Below are positions 15,514 through 29,519 of a stretch of 64,000 bases of DNA, piece after piece (position 1 is the stretch's first letter; each line of letters opens with the position of its first letter). The position numbers and the translations under genes were made by a program. The notes beneath the pieces were generated by a model. That model ran no database searches. It saw nothing but the letters and a program-made list of their open reading frames with translations, and was not told the DNA's origin. The stretch comes from Cycas panzhihuaensis (Eukaryota; Plantae; Cycadophyta): positions 190,347,741-190,411,740 of the forward strand of contig CM041465.1 of the NCBI GenBank assembly GCA_023213395.1, read 5' to 3'.

Positions 15514-15859
15514 AGATTAGTATTAAGTAAAATAAAATAAATTATATTGATATAAGTTATAAAAATAAATTGAAGATGAAGAAAATAAAGGAGATAAGGA
15601 AAAAAACAACAAATATAAACTTCTAATAATCTAAAATGAGATTTTAATAACAATTCTCTAAATTTGAGGATACAAACAAGAATCTTGGAAAATATTGTAG
15701 TACTTTATTATAATTGATAAGATAGTTTATAAATAAAAGCTCACAATTTATTAAAAAAAGTATTAAAAGAACCCTAAAAGGAGATACTAGAGTACGCCCT
15801 ATAGAAAATAATAAGACTTAACAACCTCTCTTCTATAATAAGTTAGCCTTAAATATAAA

Positions 15860-18199
15860 AGAATCAAACTAATTAATAGATTGAAGATGATAGTAGGTTT
15901 ATCACATATCCAATATTTAGAGGGTGTTTGTGAAGGACGTATGTATAGAGAGCATGATCTATGATCCACAGCGAAAGAAACTTTTAATTAGTTAGGATGT
16001 TACGTTTGATGAGTTAATGGTGTGTCATACTAAGAAGTCATCTAAAGATAGATTTTATCCTCGATGTATTCCCTTGCTAAGATGTGTTTCAATAAGTATA
16101 GAGGTTTATGAGTATAACATTGTGTTAGAAATAAAAATAGCACCTAGTTGGAGTAATGAGGAGGACCCATTGTAAGTAGATGCATAGACAACACTCCATG
16201 TTCTATTATGGGCTAGGAGGACTATTGAGGATTATAATATGATGGTTGAAGACCTAAAAGATAGTTGGAGAATAAGGAGTTAACATACTGGTTAAACTTT
16301 AGTGGTGGACACCAACAACTTCAACGATTCTATTTTATATAAGGAAATAAAAGAAGATCTGTGATGGAGAGCTATAATAGAGGAGGAGTATAATTTGATA
16401 ATGAAGAATGATCCATGGGATTTGGTTCTATTACCTACCTCTAAGAACCAAATTGGTTATAAATAGGTCTATAAGATGTGGAGAGGTAGAAAAGTAAAAG
16501 GCAAGATTTATTACATAGGATTTCTAAAAGAAAGAAAGAATTGACTATGAGAAGATATTTACACTAGTCTCCAAGATGTCAGTAGTTTGATTGATCTTTA
16601 TTTTAGTAGCTATATTTAGTTAGGAGTTATATCAAATTGACATAAAGTCAACATTCCTTAATAAATACTTAAAAGAGGAGATCTACATGACTCAACCTCT
16701 TACTTTTGTAAAGGAAGATTAGAAGCATTTAGTATGTTACTTGAAGAAATCTTTCTATGGCCTTAAATAAGCACCACATGCTTAGTATGACAAGATTGAT
16801 CCTAGATTGAAAGAAGATGGTTTTGTGATAATAGAATTAGACTTAAGTCTTTATATTCAAAAGAGCAGAACTATAATAGTTATTATTGTGTTATATGTTA
16901 ATGACTTTATTCTTATAGGTAATTGAAATAAGACTATTACGACTACAAAGGCCTATTTAGGGCATACTTTTGATATGACAAATCTCAAATATTTTCATTA
17001 CTTCTTAGGAATTGAGATTAGGTAGATGGATGATCATATCATGATGTTATAATAGTTGTATGTTAAAAACATGCTTAAGAGATTCAGTGTGAAGGATTAT
17101 AAACTAATAAAGACACTATATATAAAGGGCATAAAGCTTCTAAAGGATATGGACAAGCTAGTTATAGATAGGACTTTATATTGATAATTAATAAGGAGTT
17201 TAATTTACTTAACTCATACTAGGCTTAATATTACTTATGTTGTTGGATTGCTATCTTATTACATGCAAAATCCCCAATAACCTCATTAAATTGCTAAAAA
17301 GAGGATTCTAAAGTATGTTGAGGGAGCATACAATCTTGGCTTTAAATACCTTCTAGTGCAATAACAAACCTGCATGGGTATATTGATGTTGATTAGTGTG
17401 GAGATGTAGAAAATAGGAAATCAACTATAGGATATATTTTTTGTATTAGTAATGGGTTTATTTCATGGCAATCTAGGATGAAATCTATCACTACTTTATC
17501 TTCTGTAAGGCTAAGTTGTATGGTTGTAGGGGATTTTGGAGACTCTTAGAATTTCTTCTACCATACCTGTCATACACATTGATAATTAGAGTGTTATTTC
17601 ATAAAGAATTTATAATTTCGTATATGTATAAAGTGCATCGAGATTTAGAATCATTACATCCACGAGAAGATCTGCTTAGAGAGGTTGTAGGTTGAGTTTT
17701 ATCCAAGTGAAGAATAATTTATGGACATATTTACCAAAGCTCTTATTGAATACCACCTCATCAAGATTTGTGTAAATTTAAGACTTAACAAAGTTATCAT
17801 TGAGGGGGTACCTATTAACAAGGATAATAATAAAGGTTATTCCAACCTCTAGGAAGACTTCAGAACCCCACATTTACATTAAGGGAGGATGATAAAGTGG
17901 CATGTTATCTATTTATCCTGACTAATATAAATATGGTAAATTAATTTGTAAATATATATGATGTATTAATTTGATATTTTTATGAGTAAACAAATGTAAT
18001 ATCATTATATTATATGAGGTATGTATGGATCTATTTAAAGGGATCTGAATTCCATTATACTTTAATAATTTTATATCAATATATTCTATATTCTATGGTA
18101 GGTTTTTACTATGAGGTTTTCCATGTCAATTCTATTGTGCGTTGCTTATTTTATGCTTGTTGTATATAGAAATGATATGTCCATCTGTGATTTCTATCA
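15860..18199 (+). mobile_element. 3' half of a Ty1/copia element (end of integrase, RT, RNase H, PPT, 3' LTR); 5' half missing
   Basis: Plus strand DPWDLVLLP (~16410), LYVNDFIL (~16891), WCGDVENRKSTIGYIF-like (~17392), MDIFTKAL (~17721). PPT tgaggggg at 17801-17808. LTR-like segment ~17813-18199 ends ...atca. Confidence 0.75.
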
Positions 18200-21100
18200 A
18201 TGGTTCTATTCCAAAGGTGCCATTGGTGGTTGGTAAGAAGATGATTAAGCAAAATAGTGAGATGTTATTCCTTATCTATAAGTAGCAAGATATATTGAGG
18301 TAATATGTTCTTGCTAAGGTTTTTCTTGAGATACAGGACATAGAATATTATATGAATTTTTATTCAGGGGGAAAGTCAAGTGCATATGTAACTTTACCAA
18401 TTTGATGAAGAGCCTTATATAGACAATTATAATAAGGATCTAACTCTTTGATTTTATGATGTTTAAATGACTATTACTTATATAGTTAAAGTTAAAGAAA
18501 TATAAAACCATCCACATCAAATGATTAATTAGAATGATAATGATCGACGAGTTATTTCATACAATTTTATGTTATTATAAAGTTTTATTCAAGTGCATAT
18601 AGAATCTAGTCTATGTCTTAGAGTTTTTTCTAGACTGTAGTAGTATAAATATTAGTGGTAAGAGTGTGATGAGATGGGGATAGATATCCATAGAGGGTCA
18701 AAAAGAGGGATATGTCAATCATTGAGTGATGTGAAGATTTGTACTAATATTATATAACAACTAGCCATAAAATCCATTAATATTGATATTCTAATGTAAA
18801 ATAATATAAATATATTTTTAAGATCTTATTAAGAACTTTAGATTCACCATTAGTTTGTAGATTATAAGCGAAGCTCATATTGAACAAGGTCCTAAAGGCC
18901 TAAAAGAGTTTTTACTAAAATGTACTCATAAATTTTAGATCTTGATTATAGAATATTAATGATGGAAGCCTATGTAGATAAAACTTCAAATGGATATAAA
19001 GATCAACCTGGTAAGAAGCTTTGTAAGAAGTATAAAGAGGTAAAAGATATTCATACTTGGTAAGTCTATTAATTAATACCAATATTGATTTCAGCCTAGT
19101 AGATAATAGTAACCGAGTGATGAAATTCATAGGAATATCTTAATATTTACCTTGAGGAAGATTTAGAGGTTAAAAGAGGATAGATTGAGCTTTTATATTG
19201 ACTTTATTCATCTACAAGTATCACATTTAAAGATAAATAAAAAGTTGGAAGATTTCATATTAGGCCAATAGACATTAGATTAGATTTATCTATACGTTTT
19301 ATCAAATCCCAAATAACTACCAAGGGGAGTGGAATGGTATTCAACTAAAATTTGATTACAAAATGATTATATGGGGTAGATAAAAATTTGATTTCAGTAT
19401 AAGAGTTAGGAATTATATAATGACTAATCTTTATGAGTAGTAACTTTAGATACCTGCTTGTCAAACTCTAGGTGAGATAGAATATTGGTTGCCAAGTACA
19501 TTAAATGATTAGGGTTTAGAAATTGAATGAATATTAGGTTCATTAGTGAGGGCCTGTATGGGGGGTTCATTAATGAGGGACTCTATGGGGATATGAAAAA
19601 GAACATCAACAACCATATATTTCTTGTCTTTTTTATACTCAATAGATAAATCAAATACTTATAAATAGTCAATCCATTTAACTTATTCTTTTGATAGGAC
19701 TGGTTGATCTAGAAAGTGAGAAAGGCTATGGTTTTATGTTATGATAATAAACTTAGAGCCTAAAAGATACTGATGCCACTTATCAATAACATAAAAAATA
19801 GTTCTCATTTCATTTTTATAAGTCAATAAATGACATTCATGGTCTTTAAGTTTTATGACCTTTAAGTTTATGATTTTCAAATTCTATTAGGTATAAATTT
19901 TGCACCTAAATGATATTTATGCCAAATCTCGAAGCATCGCATTCTAATTAGAAGGGATAAGAGAAGTTTAGGATGGTAAGAATAGAGGAGGATGTTATAA
20001 CGGTGTTAAGATTATTAAAGGCTTTCTCTATCTCTTATGACCATTTAAATGCCTCATTTTATAGTAAATTTATGAGTGGAGCTACCAATGAGTCATAATT
20101 ATGAACAAACCATTGATGAAAGCTTATGAGTCTTAAGAAATCTTGTAACATAGTAGCGATTTTTGGCATAGGCTATGTGGTAATGACAAAAAATTTATCT
20201 AGATCAACTAAGACTTCTTTTGATAAAATAATATACTTGATATATTAGAAATATTTTCTTTTGAATTTATATTTAGGTTATTTAGCATACAATTTATGTT
20301 GGGCAAGGATCCATAGGATTGTTTCTAAATGTTAAAGATGATCATCTTAATTCTAATTATAAATAAGGGTATCGTTAAAAAATAATAATAATAAATTTAT
20401 GAATATAAGTGCCAAAGATTTTATTCATTAGAGCTTGGAATGTTATTGGGGTATTATAGAGGCCAAAAGGCATTACTTAAAATTTAAAGTGTAAATGATA
20501 TATTCTAAAGATGGTTTTATCATATTCTTCAGGACTAATAGGAATTCAAAAATATCTAGATTCAAGATCAAATTTAGAGAAAATAGTTATCCCATGGATT
20601 TCATCTAGCATATCATCAATTTGGGATATGAAAATTTTATTTTATATTACAATTTTATTAAGCTTTCGATATTTAATGTAAAGCTGAAAGGATATGTTCT
20701 TTCTCCCTAGAAAGATAATTAGTATGGTATACATGATTTTACCTAATTGAATGATACCCATATCTGTTTATTCATTTATTATCTTCTCAATTTTTTTCTA
20801 AATATAAATTTCTATAAGGTGAAAGGCTAATTGGGTCATATGGTGATTTAAGTTCAATAGCATAATGAAAACCAAAGTCTAGGGTGATAATGGCTTAAAG
20901 GGGGGTAAATATAAATTGATATTTCTTGAGGATGTTCTAAGTAAGAGGATGAATATTTATTAAAGTTTGAATTTTATTAATGTAAAAGATATAACCAATA
21001 ATATTATTTAGATACTTGCACATTTCATTATGTGATATAAGTTGATTAGGAGGTGATCAGATCTTATATAATTTATGTGTTTGGCTAATATGATCTTTAA

Positions 21101-22650
21101 ATAAGATGAATGGGTTGGTAGGAGAAATATTCATGCCATAATTACCTAATGTTTAGAGCCATTGGACCCTAGACATGGAATCAAAAACTCCTATAGATAA
21201 GGAATAAAAATTGGATGTGAGATCATAGGTAAAAATTTAAAGATAAAGGCTTTTTATAGTACCTATATAGTATAAGGTCAGATGGTTGGGTAAGGAGTAA
21301 GTGAATCTCGTTTGTGGAATAATATAAATGTTTAGTTGTTGATCCAAAGAAATATCAAAAACTTTAATGACACACCACAATTAATTAATATTAATATGAG
21401 TATCTTTCAAATAGTGCATTTTACACGAAGTGACTCTAGGTAGGATGTAGAAGAAACTATTGATAAGAATATGTAAAACTAGGAAATAGGTAAGGGAGAT
21501 TCTTAAGTAGGCTCATCCTCAAGTTCTAGTTTAATTTTTACTTCAAAAACATCTTCAATATTAGCGTCAATGGTGAAAATCATATGCCTTACCTTACACA
21601 CCTTTATATGACTAAGAGCCTACTTTTCTAAGTACTTGACATAAAAGATAGCCTTTAATCAATGATTAACTTCTATAAATGAAATATAAATTGGGTCTAA
21701 AGAGGAGTCTAGTGTTGGCCATTAGACTTTATCTGATTAAGGATGTTGATGTTATTGATCAAATTAGAGAGGATGTCATTACTATGAAGAGTCTCTCCTA
21801 AAAGTATATGAGTGATCTATCATAAATTTTATAGGTCTACCTTGGTCATAGCATCTCTCCAACTACCTTGGTCATAGAGACGGCATCCTTTAAGGAGTGT
21901 AAGGGAGCAATGTTTAAGCACATCTAAATATATTCCTTAAGACCTAAAATATAAATGTCAATGAGACTTATTCCTTTGAGTTATTGAAAGACTTCGTTCT
22001 ATAATGTTTGAAACTTATAAGTGTATATCTTTATTGAAGTTGTTTATATTTATATGGTAAGTTGGTTGAAGAAACAATGATTCTATGTATCATTGTATTA
22101 CTCAAGAAAAACTCTTAGAGAATAGGTCCTATATTTGGTTTATTGGATTCTCTTATTTTTACCATTAGAATTAATGATGAGCTTTTCCATCTAAGTGGAT
22201 TAAAGTAAATACTAATCGTTCTACTATTAAAATGGGATTTAAGGCAAAATATGACTCCAAGTTACTAATCCAATTTAGGGAAAAATCTATATTAAGATTA
22301 AGGTCAAAGGTTATTATGGTGATCTTCTAATGGGCTTATGTTTATCAGGGAGTAAATGGTGGCGGTGCTCTTGAGTTATTAAAGGTGGATGGACCTATGC
22401 ACAGGGTAAAAGAATTAGATTGCATCTACTAAAATATTCTATCTATTTTTTAATCAAGAGTACCCTATTATTATTCAAACATGTTTTATTTTTATTCAAA
22501 TGAGTCATGCTTCTATCTAGAATCCTTAACCTATTAATCCAAACTTATTAAGCCCTTATTCAATGCATCGATGTTATTAAACATTTCTTAGAAGTGGATC
22601 TCAAATACATGAATGTGATCTGTCTGTATGGGTGCCATAAAGATGGAATC
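18200..22650 (-). pseudogene. Degenerate gypsy gag-pol of family G copy A
   Basis: ORF 18915-19130 MNFITRL...LVLINRLTKY...HRLPSLIFYNQDLKFMSTF is the gypsy integrase core. RT motifs TIFSKFDLES and VMPFGLYN lie at ~20450-20590. A GPY/F-region remnant lies at ~18330-18440. Confidence 0.8.
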
Positions 22651-23088
22651 CAATGTCATAAAGGGAAGAAAATAATTGTAAGAAAAGGGGTTGGTAAGAA
22701 CAAGGGTACTCATCAAGAGGTGGGAGAAGATAAATAGAATGGGATTTTAGGAAGTTGGGTAGAAAAAAATAAGGGGGTGAGGGTGTCTATAGCATGTTGA
22801 GCCCCCAAAAATATATAATAATGTTATATAAAGAACCAAGATAAGTGTGAAGTGCTTATCAAAATGGCATAGGTGAGATTTAAGGGTGAAAGTTAGGTGG
22901 AAGGGCCCACAAAATGCCTATATGTTATACCCTAAAAATGACGATTAAAGTTACCCTAGTGAAAAATGATTAGTGCACCATGTTGATTAGGATATTTTTG
23001 AAGTCATGGACCTATCTTTTTCTAGAGTCTACTCATACAACTTTTGTCTAAATTAAAGAAGTATTATGTAAAGTGACCTTACAAACTC

Positions 23089-23106
23089 CTCTCTCTCTCT
23101 CTCTCT
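23089..23106. repeat. (CT)9 microsatellite
   Basis: Direct reading: ctctctctctctctctct. Confidence 0.9.
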
Positions 23107-24759
23107 AATATTAAATACAAGAGGTAGAAATTGAAGTAAAATATTTGGTATAGGATTCAAAAATTCTATTGAAGGTTTCAACAAGATGCTTAAAATTACT
23201 TTGATATTAGTTCTATAATACAATTCAATGTTATCATATTATAAGATTTGTTATTATAACCATAGTCCAAAATTATGTGGTTTAATATTATTACTTGTAA
23301 TATACATAATTCATAGGTTTAACTACTTTATAAAAGTACTTTGGCATTGTTACTTGTGATATAAATATTTCACAAGTTTAACCACTTTATAGAAGTACAA
23401 TGGTCTCAATAGTCTTGTATTAGGTCTTGAAGTACCTAATACTTAAGAATAGGGTGTACTTGGTTCTTGAGGCCCCTCAATAAAGTTATTAAGCATTACT
23501 ATCACTTCGCTCAATCTCTCAAGGCATTAACTATGGAGGAACCTATACCGTAGTCATGATAGCTATGTTGGGTTCTTTGTAAGGAGTAGCTTCCCGATGC
23601 TAACGACTAACTAGAGGATAAGCAGTTAATAGGTTACTTATTCTATGTAAGGTAGGGGAGCATATAAGGCACCTCTAATATACTTGAAGGTTTGTGGAGT
23701 CTCAATGGAACCTACAATAAGATATTCATAAATAGAACAAATACCTCCACAGGATCAAACGATACCCTTAAGGTACCTCAATTGTATTAACAGAACATCC
23801 TTTCAACATGATACACATATGATACACTATATTGTATATTTATAATACATGTCAAGATAGTGAGAGTGGGACCCACTTGCATGTGGGACAAAACAAATGT
23901 GCATTAATATTCCAACAAGCCAAGCTCTATATAAGGCCTACATAAGCAATGTTATCTAGTTTATTTTATACACAACTATATATCCACATATACTTGGTTG
24001 AAAATGATAGATCCTTATGATGTTTAAAGAACCCTAATATAGGGCATCTACCTACCATTAGGGGATATAAGGAGGAAGGGACTTGTTTCCCACTTATAAT
24101 TGACTACATAGCTTTTAGAAAGTAATAATAACAAAGAAAATAAAACATGAAAGTAGGAGAGGGTTTCTAGAATTTCACTAGAGAAAAAACAATCCTAATT
24201 TTTTTATTCCTCCAATTATTGTCCTTCTTTGGATATACTAGTGACTTAGCTCTAATACCACTTAGAATGAGATTTCAATAATAATTCTCCAAACTTAAGA
24301 ACATAAATAAAAATCTCAGATAATATTGTAATACTATATTATAATTTATAAGATGATTATAAAGAAGAGATCACAAGTTTACTAAAAAGAGCACCAAAAG
24401 GAGTATTGAAGTATAACCTTTAGAAAATAACAAGACTAAAAAACCTTCCCTTTACAATAAGTTATCCTTAAATAGGTGAGAGAGGCCCTTTTCCTTAAGT
24501 TACTATTGGTAGAAAAAATTATCTTAATTTCCATTGACAAACATAAGCAACTTGTATATAAAGGTTAATGGCCAACCCTAACCATCAAATTTTCATTTGT
24601 ATAAGTGTTAACTTGACCATTTCTACCTAATGAAGACTTGTCATACAACATAATCTTCCATATGAAAGTAGAAGACCATATTATTTGATGATCACCTCAA
24701 GGTTGGGTGCTTACATCCCCCTCTCCTTAAAGAAAGCATTACCTTAATGTCATTTACCT

Positions 24760-27700
24760 TATTACAAATAGTTCTAGGTATTATTGCATTATATCTTTCT
24801 TTGATTCTGAAGTGACCTCTTCTAGTATCAAATGTTTCTATTATACTATTACCTACCTGTTTATCCTATTTCTTAATACCTTCTCCTTACTATCAAAAAT
24901 TTTGAGTGGCTTTTCTTCAAACTCTAAATTTAGTCCTACTACCATATTAGTCCAGTCTAATATATACTTTGAATCTAGCACATATATTTTAAATAATAAG
25001 ATGTGAAGTACATTATACACTTAGATGTTTGGTGGAAGTGCAAATTTATATGTAACAGAACTTACCCTTTCTAATGTCTCAAATAGGCCATAATATCTAA
25101 GAGCAACCTTTTTATAGGCCCCTAAACTTATGGAACTATATTTGGGCCTCACCCTTAAAAATACAAGATCACTAACCTAGAACTCCTTGGTTGTTTACTT
25201 CAGGTCTACATATCTTTTCAATTTATCTTCTGCTACCTTTAGTTGTTATTTAATATTGATCGCCTACCTTCCTATTTCTTATAACATATTTAGACCTAGT
25301 GTATATTTGTTTTCTAAGTTATTCAAACTTAGAGGTGTAATATGGCTCCTACCATATAAAGCCTCAACTAGGTTTACTCCTAAGGATAAGCAGATAGATT
25401 TATTATATACAAATTTTATAAAATATAAATAGTTCTCCTAGATTATAAGTTACTCTAAAGTACATATCTTAAGTAGATTCTCCAACACTTAATAGACTAT
25501 CTCAGTTTATCCATCTATCTCAGGTATATTATGCTAAATTATAGCTTGGTTCCCAACTTTTAGAATAATGATCTCTAAATTTTTTAGGTTAATTTACTAC
25601 CTTTATCGAAATATATGACCTTTAGCACTCCATGCAATCTAGCAATCTCCTTTATGAAGATTACAGTAATGTATTACACTATATTAGTTAAGCATATTAG
25701 TATGAAATATGTATACTTAGTTAGCTTGTCTACAACAACTAAAATTATATCATATTATTTAGCACCTCTTTGTAAGCCTATAAAAATCTCATTTTTTTCC
25801 ACTTCCATTCAAGGATTTCTAATAACTGTAACAATTTAACTAGGTATTAATGTTCTACATTTGTCTTCTAACATGTCAAATATTTTTCTACATAGGTCAA
25901 GACATTCTTCTTCATGCTAGGCCAACAAAATTACCTTTTTATAGTACCATATATCTTATTGTAACTTAGATGTCCAATATAATATGATTCATGCACTTCA
26001 TGCAAAATAAGTTCTTTAATTTCAAAACTATATGGCATATAAACTCTTTGTTGATATGTCAAGGTGCCATTCTCTATTTCATTAAACTTTGTAAACTTCC
26101 TTAACAATGTAGAATTTATATTATGTTATTCTTTTTATTGCTATAATATATTCTTGGCTTATCTATATAATGCATCTCCTTCATAATCTCTTAAAATAGA
26201 AGTAATTAAATATGAATTTAGCATACTTACAACATTAATATAGTGTATTCAACTTGGAGAATCAATGACCTTGTTTTCTTTGCCTTTGTCATAGTAAAAT
26301 TCAAAATTAAATTTACTCATATATTTTATCCATCTACATTATTTGATATTTAACTGTGGTTGGGTGAAGATATACTAAATAATGTAATGGTCTATTCAAA
26401 GTTTAAATTTTTCCTCTAATAAATAGTATTACCAAACCTTGAATGCATGTACAAGATAGTGTTTTTCATATGATTTCAACTTTTTGGACTCATAAACCAC
26501 CATCTTTTGGCTCCACATAAGAATAACACCAAGCCCATCTAAGTTAGCATCCATACAAACTAAAATGTCCATGTCTAGATGTAATACAGTTAATATAGGT
26601 GTTAACATAAGTATATTTTTCAATAATTGAAATATCTTTTTACATATATTAGTCCATATAAACTTAGTATTTTCCATTTATGAAGAAGTAATTGGGATTG
26701 TGATCCTAGAAAAAACTCTTATATACTTGTAGTATCTTGTAAGCCCCATAAAAGTTCATACCTCTTATAAACTATAAGGGGAAGGTTGATCCATGACTTC
26801 CTATATTTTCTAAGAGTCTATAAAGATGCTTTAAGTTAAGATGATATGCTCTAAGTAATGTACCTACCCTTTAAAATTCACACTTACTAAATTTTACGTA
26901 CAACTTATACTCCCTAAGTAATTGTAACATTATTCATAAGTGCCTCTCATACCACTCTTTTCTCTTAGATTAGACTAATATATCATTAATGAAAACCACC
27001 ATAAATTTATCTAAGTACTACCAAAATACATTATTCATCATGCATATAAAAGTAGAAAGTGTATTAGTTAGGCCAAAAGGTATTACAACAAACTCATAGT
27101 TGTCATATCTTATTTCAAATATTGTCTTGAAGATATCTTCATCATAAATTTTGATCTAATAGTATCTATATTTTAGATCATTCTTTATGAACATAATTGC
27201 GCCTCTCATCTGATCAAATAAGTCCTTTATCCTAGGTAATGAGTACTTATCCTTGATAGTAACTTTATTTAGTTAGTTGTAATTAATACGTAGCCTTATA
27301 GATCCATCCTTCTTCTTCATAAAAAATACTAAAGCTCCCCATGGCAAGGTACTTGGTTTGATAAGTCCTTTGTCCTATAACTCTTCCAACTACATATTTA
27401 ATTCAATTAACTTAGTTGTGGTTAGTTTATATGGAGCTTTAAAAACTCACCCTACTCAAGGAACAAGTTTTATATCATAGTCTACATCCCTCTTTAGAGG
27501 TAACCTAAGTAGTTCACTTAGGAAAACATCCTTAAACTCTTGTGTAATAGGAAAATTCTAACTAATCAATCATTTCTGGGATTATTCTTTGGTTGCATAG
27601 GCTACATATATCTTAGAGACTTTTGTCACCCATTTCTTCACTTGTGTAGTAGAAATTTACTACATACATGTTGTGATCTTCTTCCCTTATACTACTATTG

Positions 27701-29350
27701 GGTTCCCTTGATTACCAAATATTTAATTAGCTTTTCATAAAAAATAAATTTGGCATGATGTTCTTGTAGCCATTCCATGACAATAATGACATCGTAGTCT
27801 CCTAATATAAGAATCTAGAAGGTGACTTTTATGGATCAAGTTTTCCACTCAAGAGGATATAAAGATACAAATTTTGTCATCTTTCTTTTATTACCTTCAA
27901 CCATTTGAGTAGTATATTTCTTTATATAAAATTTCCTCTAAAGTTCGTAATTTTTAACAAATCTAAGTTGTATAAAATTGTGACTACTCTTAGAGTCAAT
28001 TAATTATCTAAGGCCTTAACTAATAATTTGACCTTATACCTACACCATCATAAATTAGTGGTCAATTTGTCTTCCCTTAATCGTTACTTAGACAAACATT
28101 TGTCGTATTTCTTTGGTTATTCTTATAATAATAAACTCCATTTCCATGCTATGTATTTTCTAGTTATACTAACTCTTTTCAGACATTGTACAACAAATCC
28201 TCTCTGATCATATATAAAACATCTTCCTATAGCTTAATTTCTTGAGCTGTCTATAGTTGGTAAGTTTGGCCTTATGTTGACTTATTAGGGATTGAGATTT
28301 ATACCTCTATAATTAAATTGTTGATATTTGAAATTTCTTCTTTGTTATCATGATTTCATTAGTTTCTTCTCTTTATATCCAACAGGCTTATTGTTCAGCC
28401 TCATTTATTGATTCTTAAAATGTATGGTCTTATGAATGGCTTCCCCCAAAGTCTTTGATTCTAATAACTTGATTCTATTTTGTATATATTTATTCAACCC
28501 ACTAGTAAATCTGTGCACCTTCATCTTTTCCTTCTATATATAAGGTACATATTATAGCAATTCTATGAATTCCCTTTCATGCTCATCAACAATCCCCCTT
28601 CCTTATTTTAATTTATAGAATGCCTTTATCTTTTCATCATAATATTATTTTGATAAATATATTTACTTGAAGTATTTCATGAACTTACTCCATCTTAGGT
28701 CTCTCTTAAAAACCCTTTATTTTCTTATGGTGATCACACCACATAAATGCTTTTCCTTTCATATTATAAATTGTTATTCTTATATTTACATTAGAGTTAA
28801 ATTCATTTAATTTAAAATATTTTTTAATATTTAACAATCAACGTTCAGCCTCACCTTTGTTTCTTATTTATCCATCAAAAGTAGGAGGTTTTACATTTCT
28901 TATTTCATATTGGAATGCATCTCTCCTTTTTCTTTGTTCTCTATATCCCAAATTTGATCATAAGGTTTCTTTAGAAGATGGAGCTTTTGAGAAATAATGC
29001 TCTTGATTAAGATGTCTTGTCCTCCTAGTTCTCTTGCTTTCATGCTCTTTGGTATACGGTTTATATGAACTACTTCTTTGTTGATTGCTCCTCATATTCC
29101 TGATCCTTTCAAATATTTCTTAATTTATTATCCTCTATATGTTATTAAGCATAGACTTATAGCTTCTTAGGATCCTCTCATTATCTTCTTTATGACTCCT
29201 TAGTTGTTCTTATAAGTTTAACATGACCTTTAAATATTAGTCTGTGGTATTTCCCTTGGTTGTAGAATCTCTTCCACCTCCATTCCCTTAATATTTTCCT
29301 TTCCCTAACTTTCTTGGGCCATTCTGGAGGTAGCTTTGAGTATGTCCATT
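24760..29350 (-). pseudogene. Degenerate gag-pol of the Tekay-like gypsy (gag, protease, RT, RNase H, integrase, GPY/F region, chromodomain)
   Basis: Minus-strand translation gives YEFVVIPFGLTN...YLDKFMVVFINDILV (RT, ~26970-27100). ORF 26429-26677 ILVCMDANLDGLGVILM...VVYESKKLK is RNase H. ALRYYGLFETLERV...YKFALPP is the GPY/F region. A chromodomain-like end lies at ~24770-24900. Many in-frame stops. Confidence 0.85.
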
Positions 29351-29519
29351 ATCTATTCTTATTACATTTGTATCTCAATTTAGTGTTTTACTAAAATCCA
29401 TTTTAGAAATTTTGATAATAATCAAATAATAGTGCAACTTATCAACACTTATCAACTTCAAGTTTATTGTGTTAAGGGTTGTATTTGGTAGCCTTCGAGA
29501 CTTAGGCTCTAATACCAAT

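Larger units (their letters stand above)
15632..24650 (-). mobile_element. Ty3/gypsy element (family G, copy A) with ~390-bp LTRs and a long non-coding leader; 3' LTR truncated
   Basis: Perfect TSD TAATC at 15627-15631 and 24651-24655. 5' LTR 24263-24650 ends ...caaca, next to PBS gctctaatacca (24249-24260). The 3' LTR matches only over 15632-~15855. LTR, leader and gag are homologous to the plus-strand copy starting at 54253. Confidence 0.8.

Noticed and set aside
10603-15518. TSD for copia-2 (and likewise for copia-1 and the Reina-like element)
   Set aside because: The flanks do not give a clean 5-bp match with TG/CA termini, so no TSD is claimed and these boundaries are approximate.
22654-23040. 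A separate LTR starting tgtcata at 22654
   Set aside because: This stretch is the reverse complement of 61000-61400 in the sister element, so it is internal leader and not an LTR.
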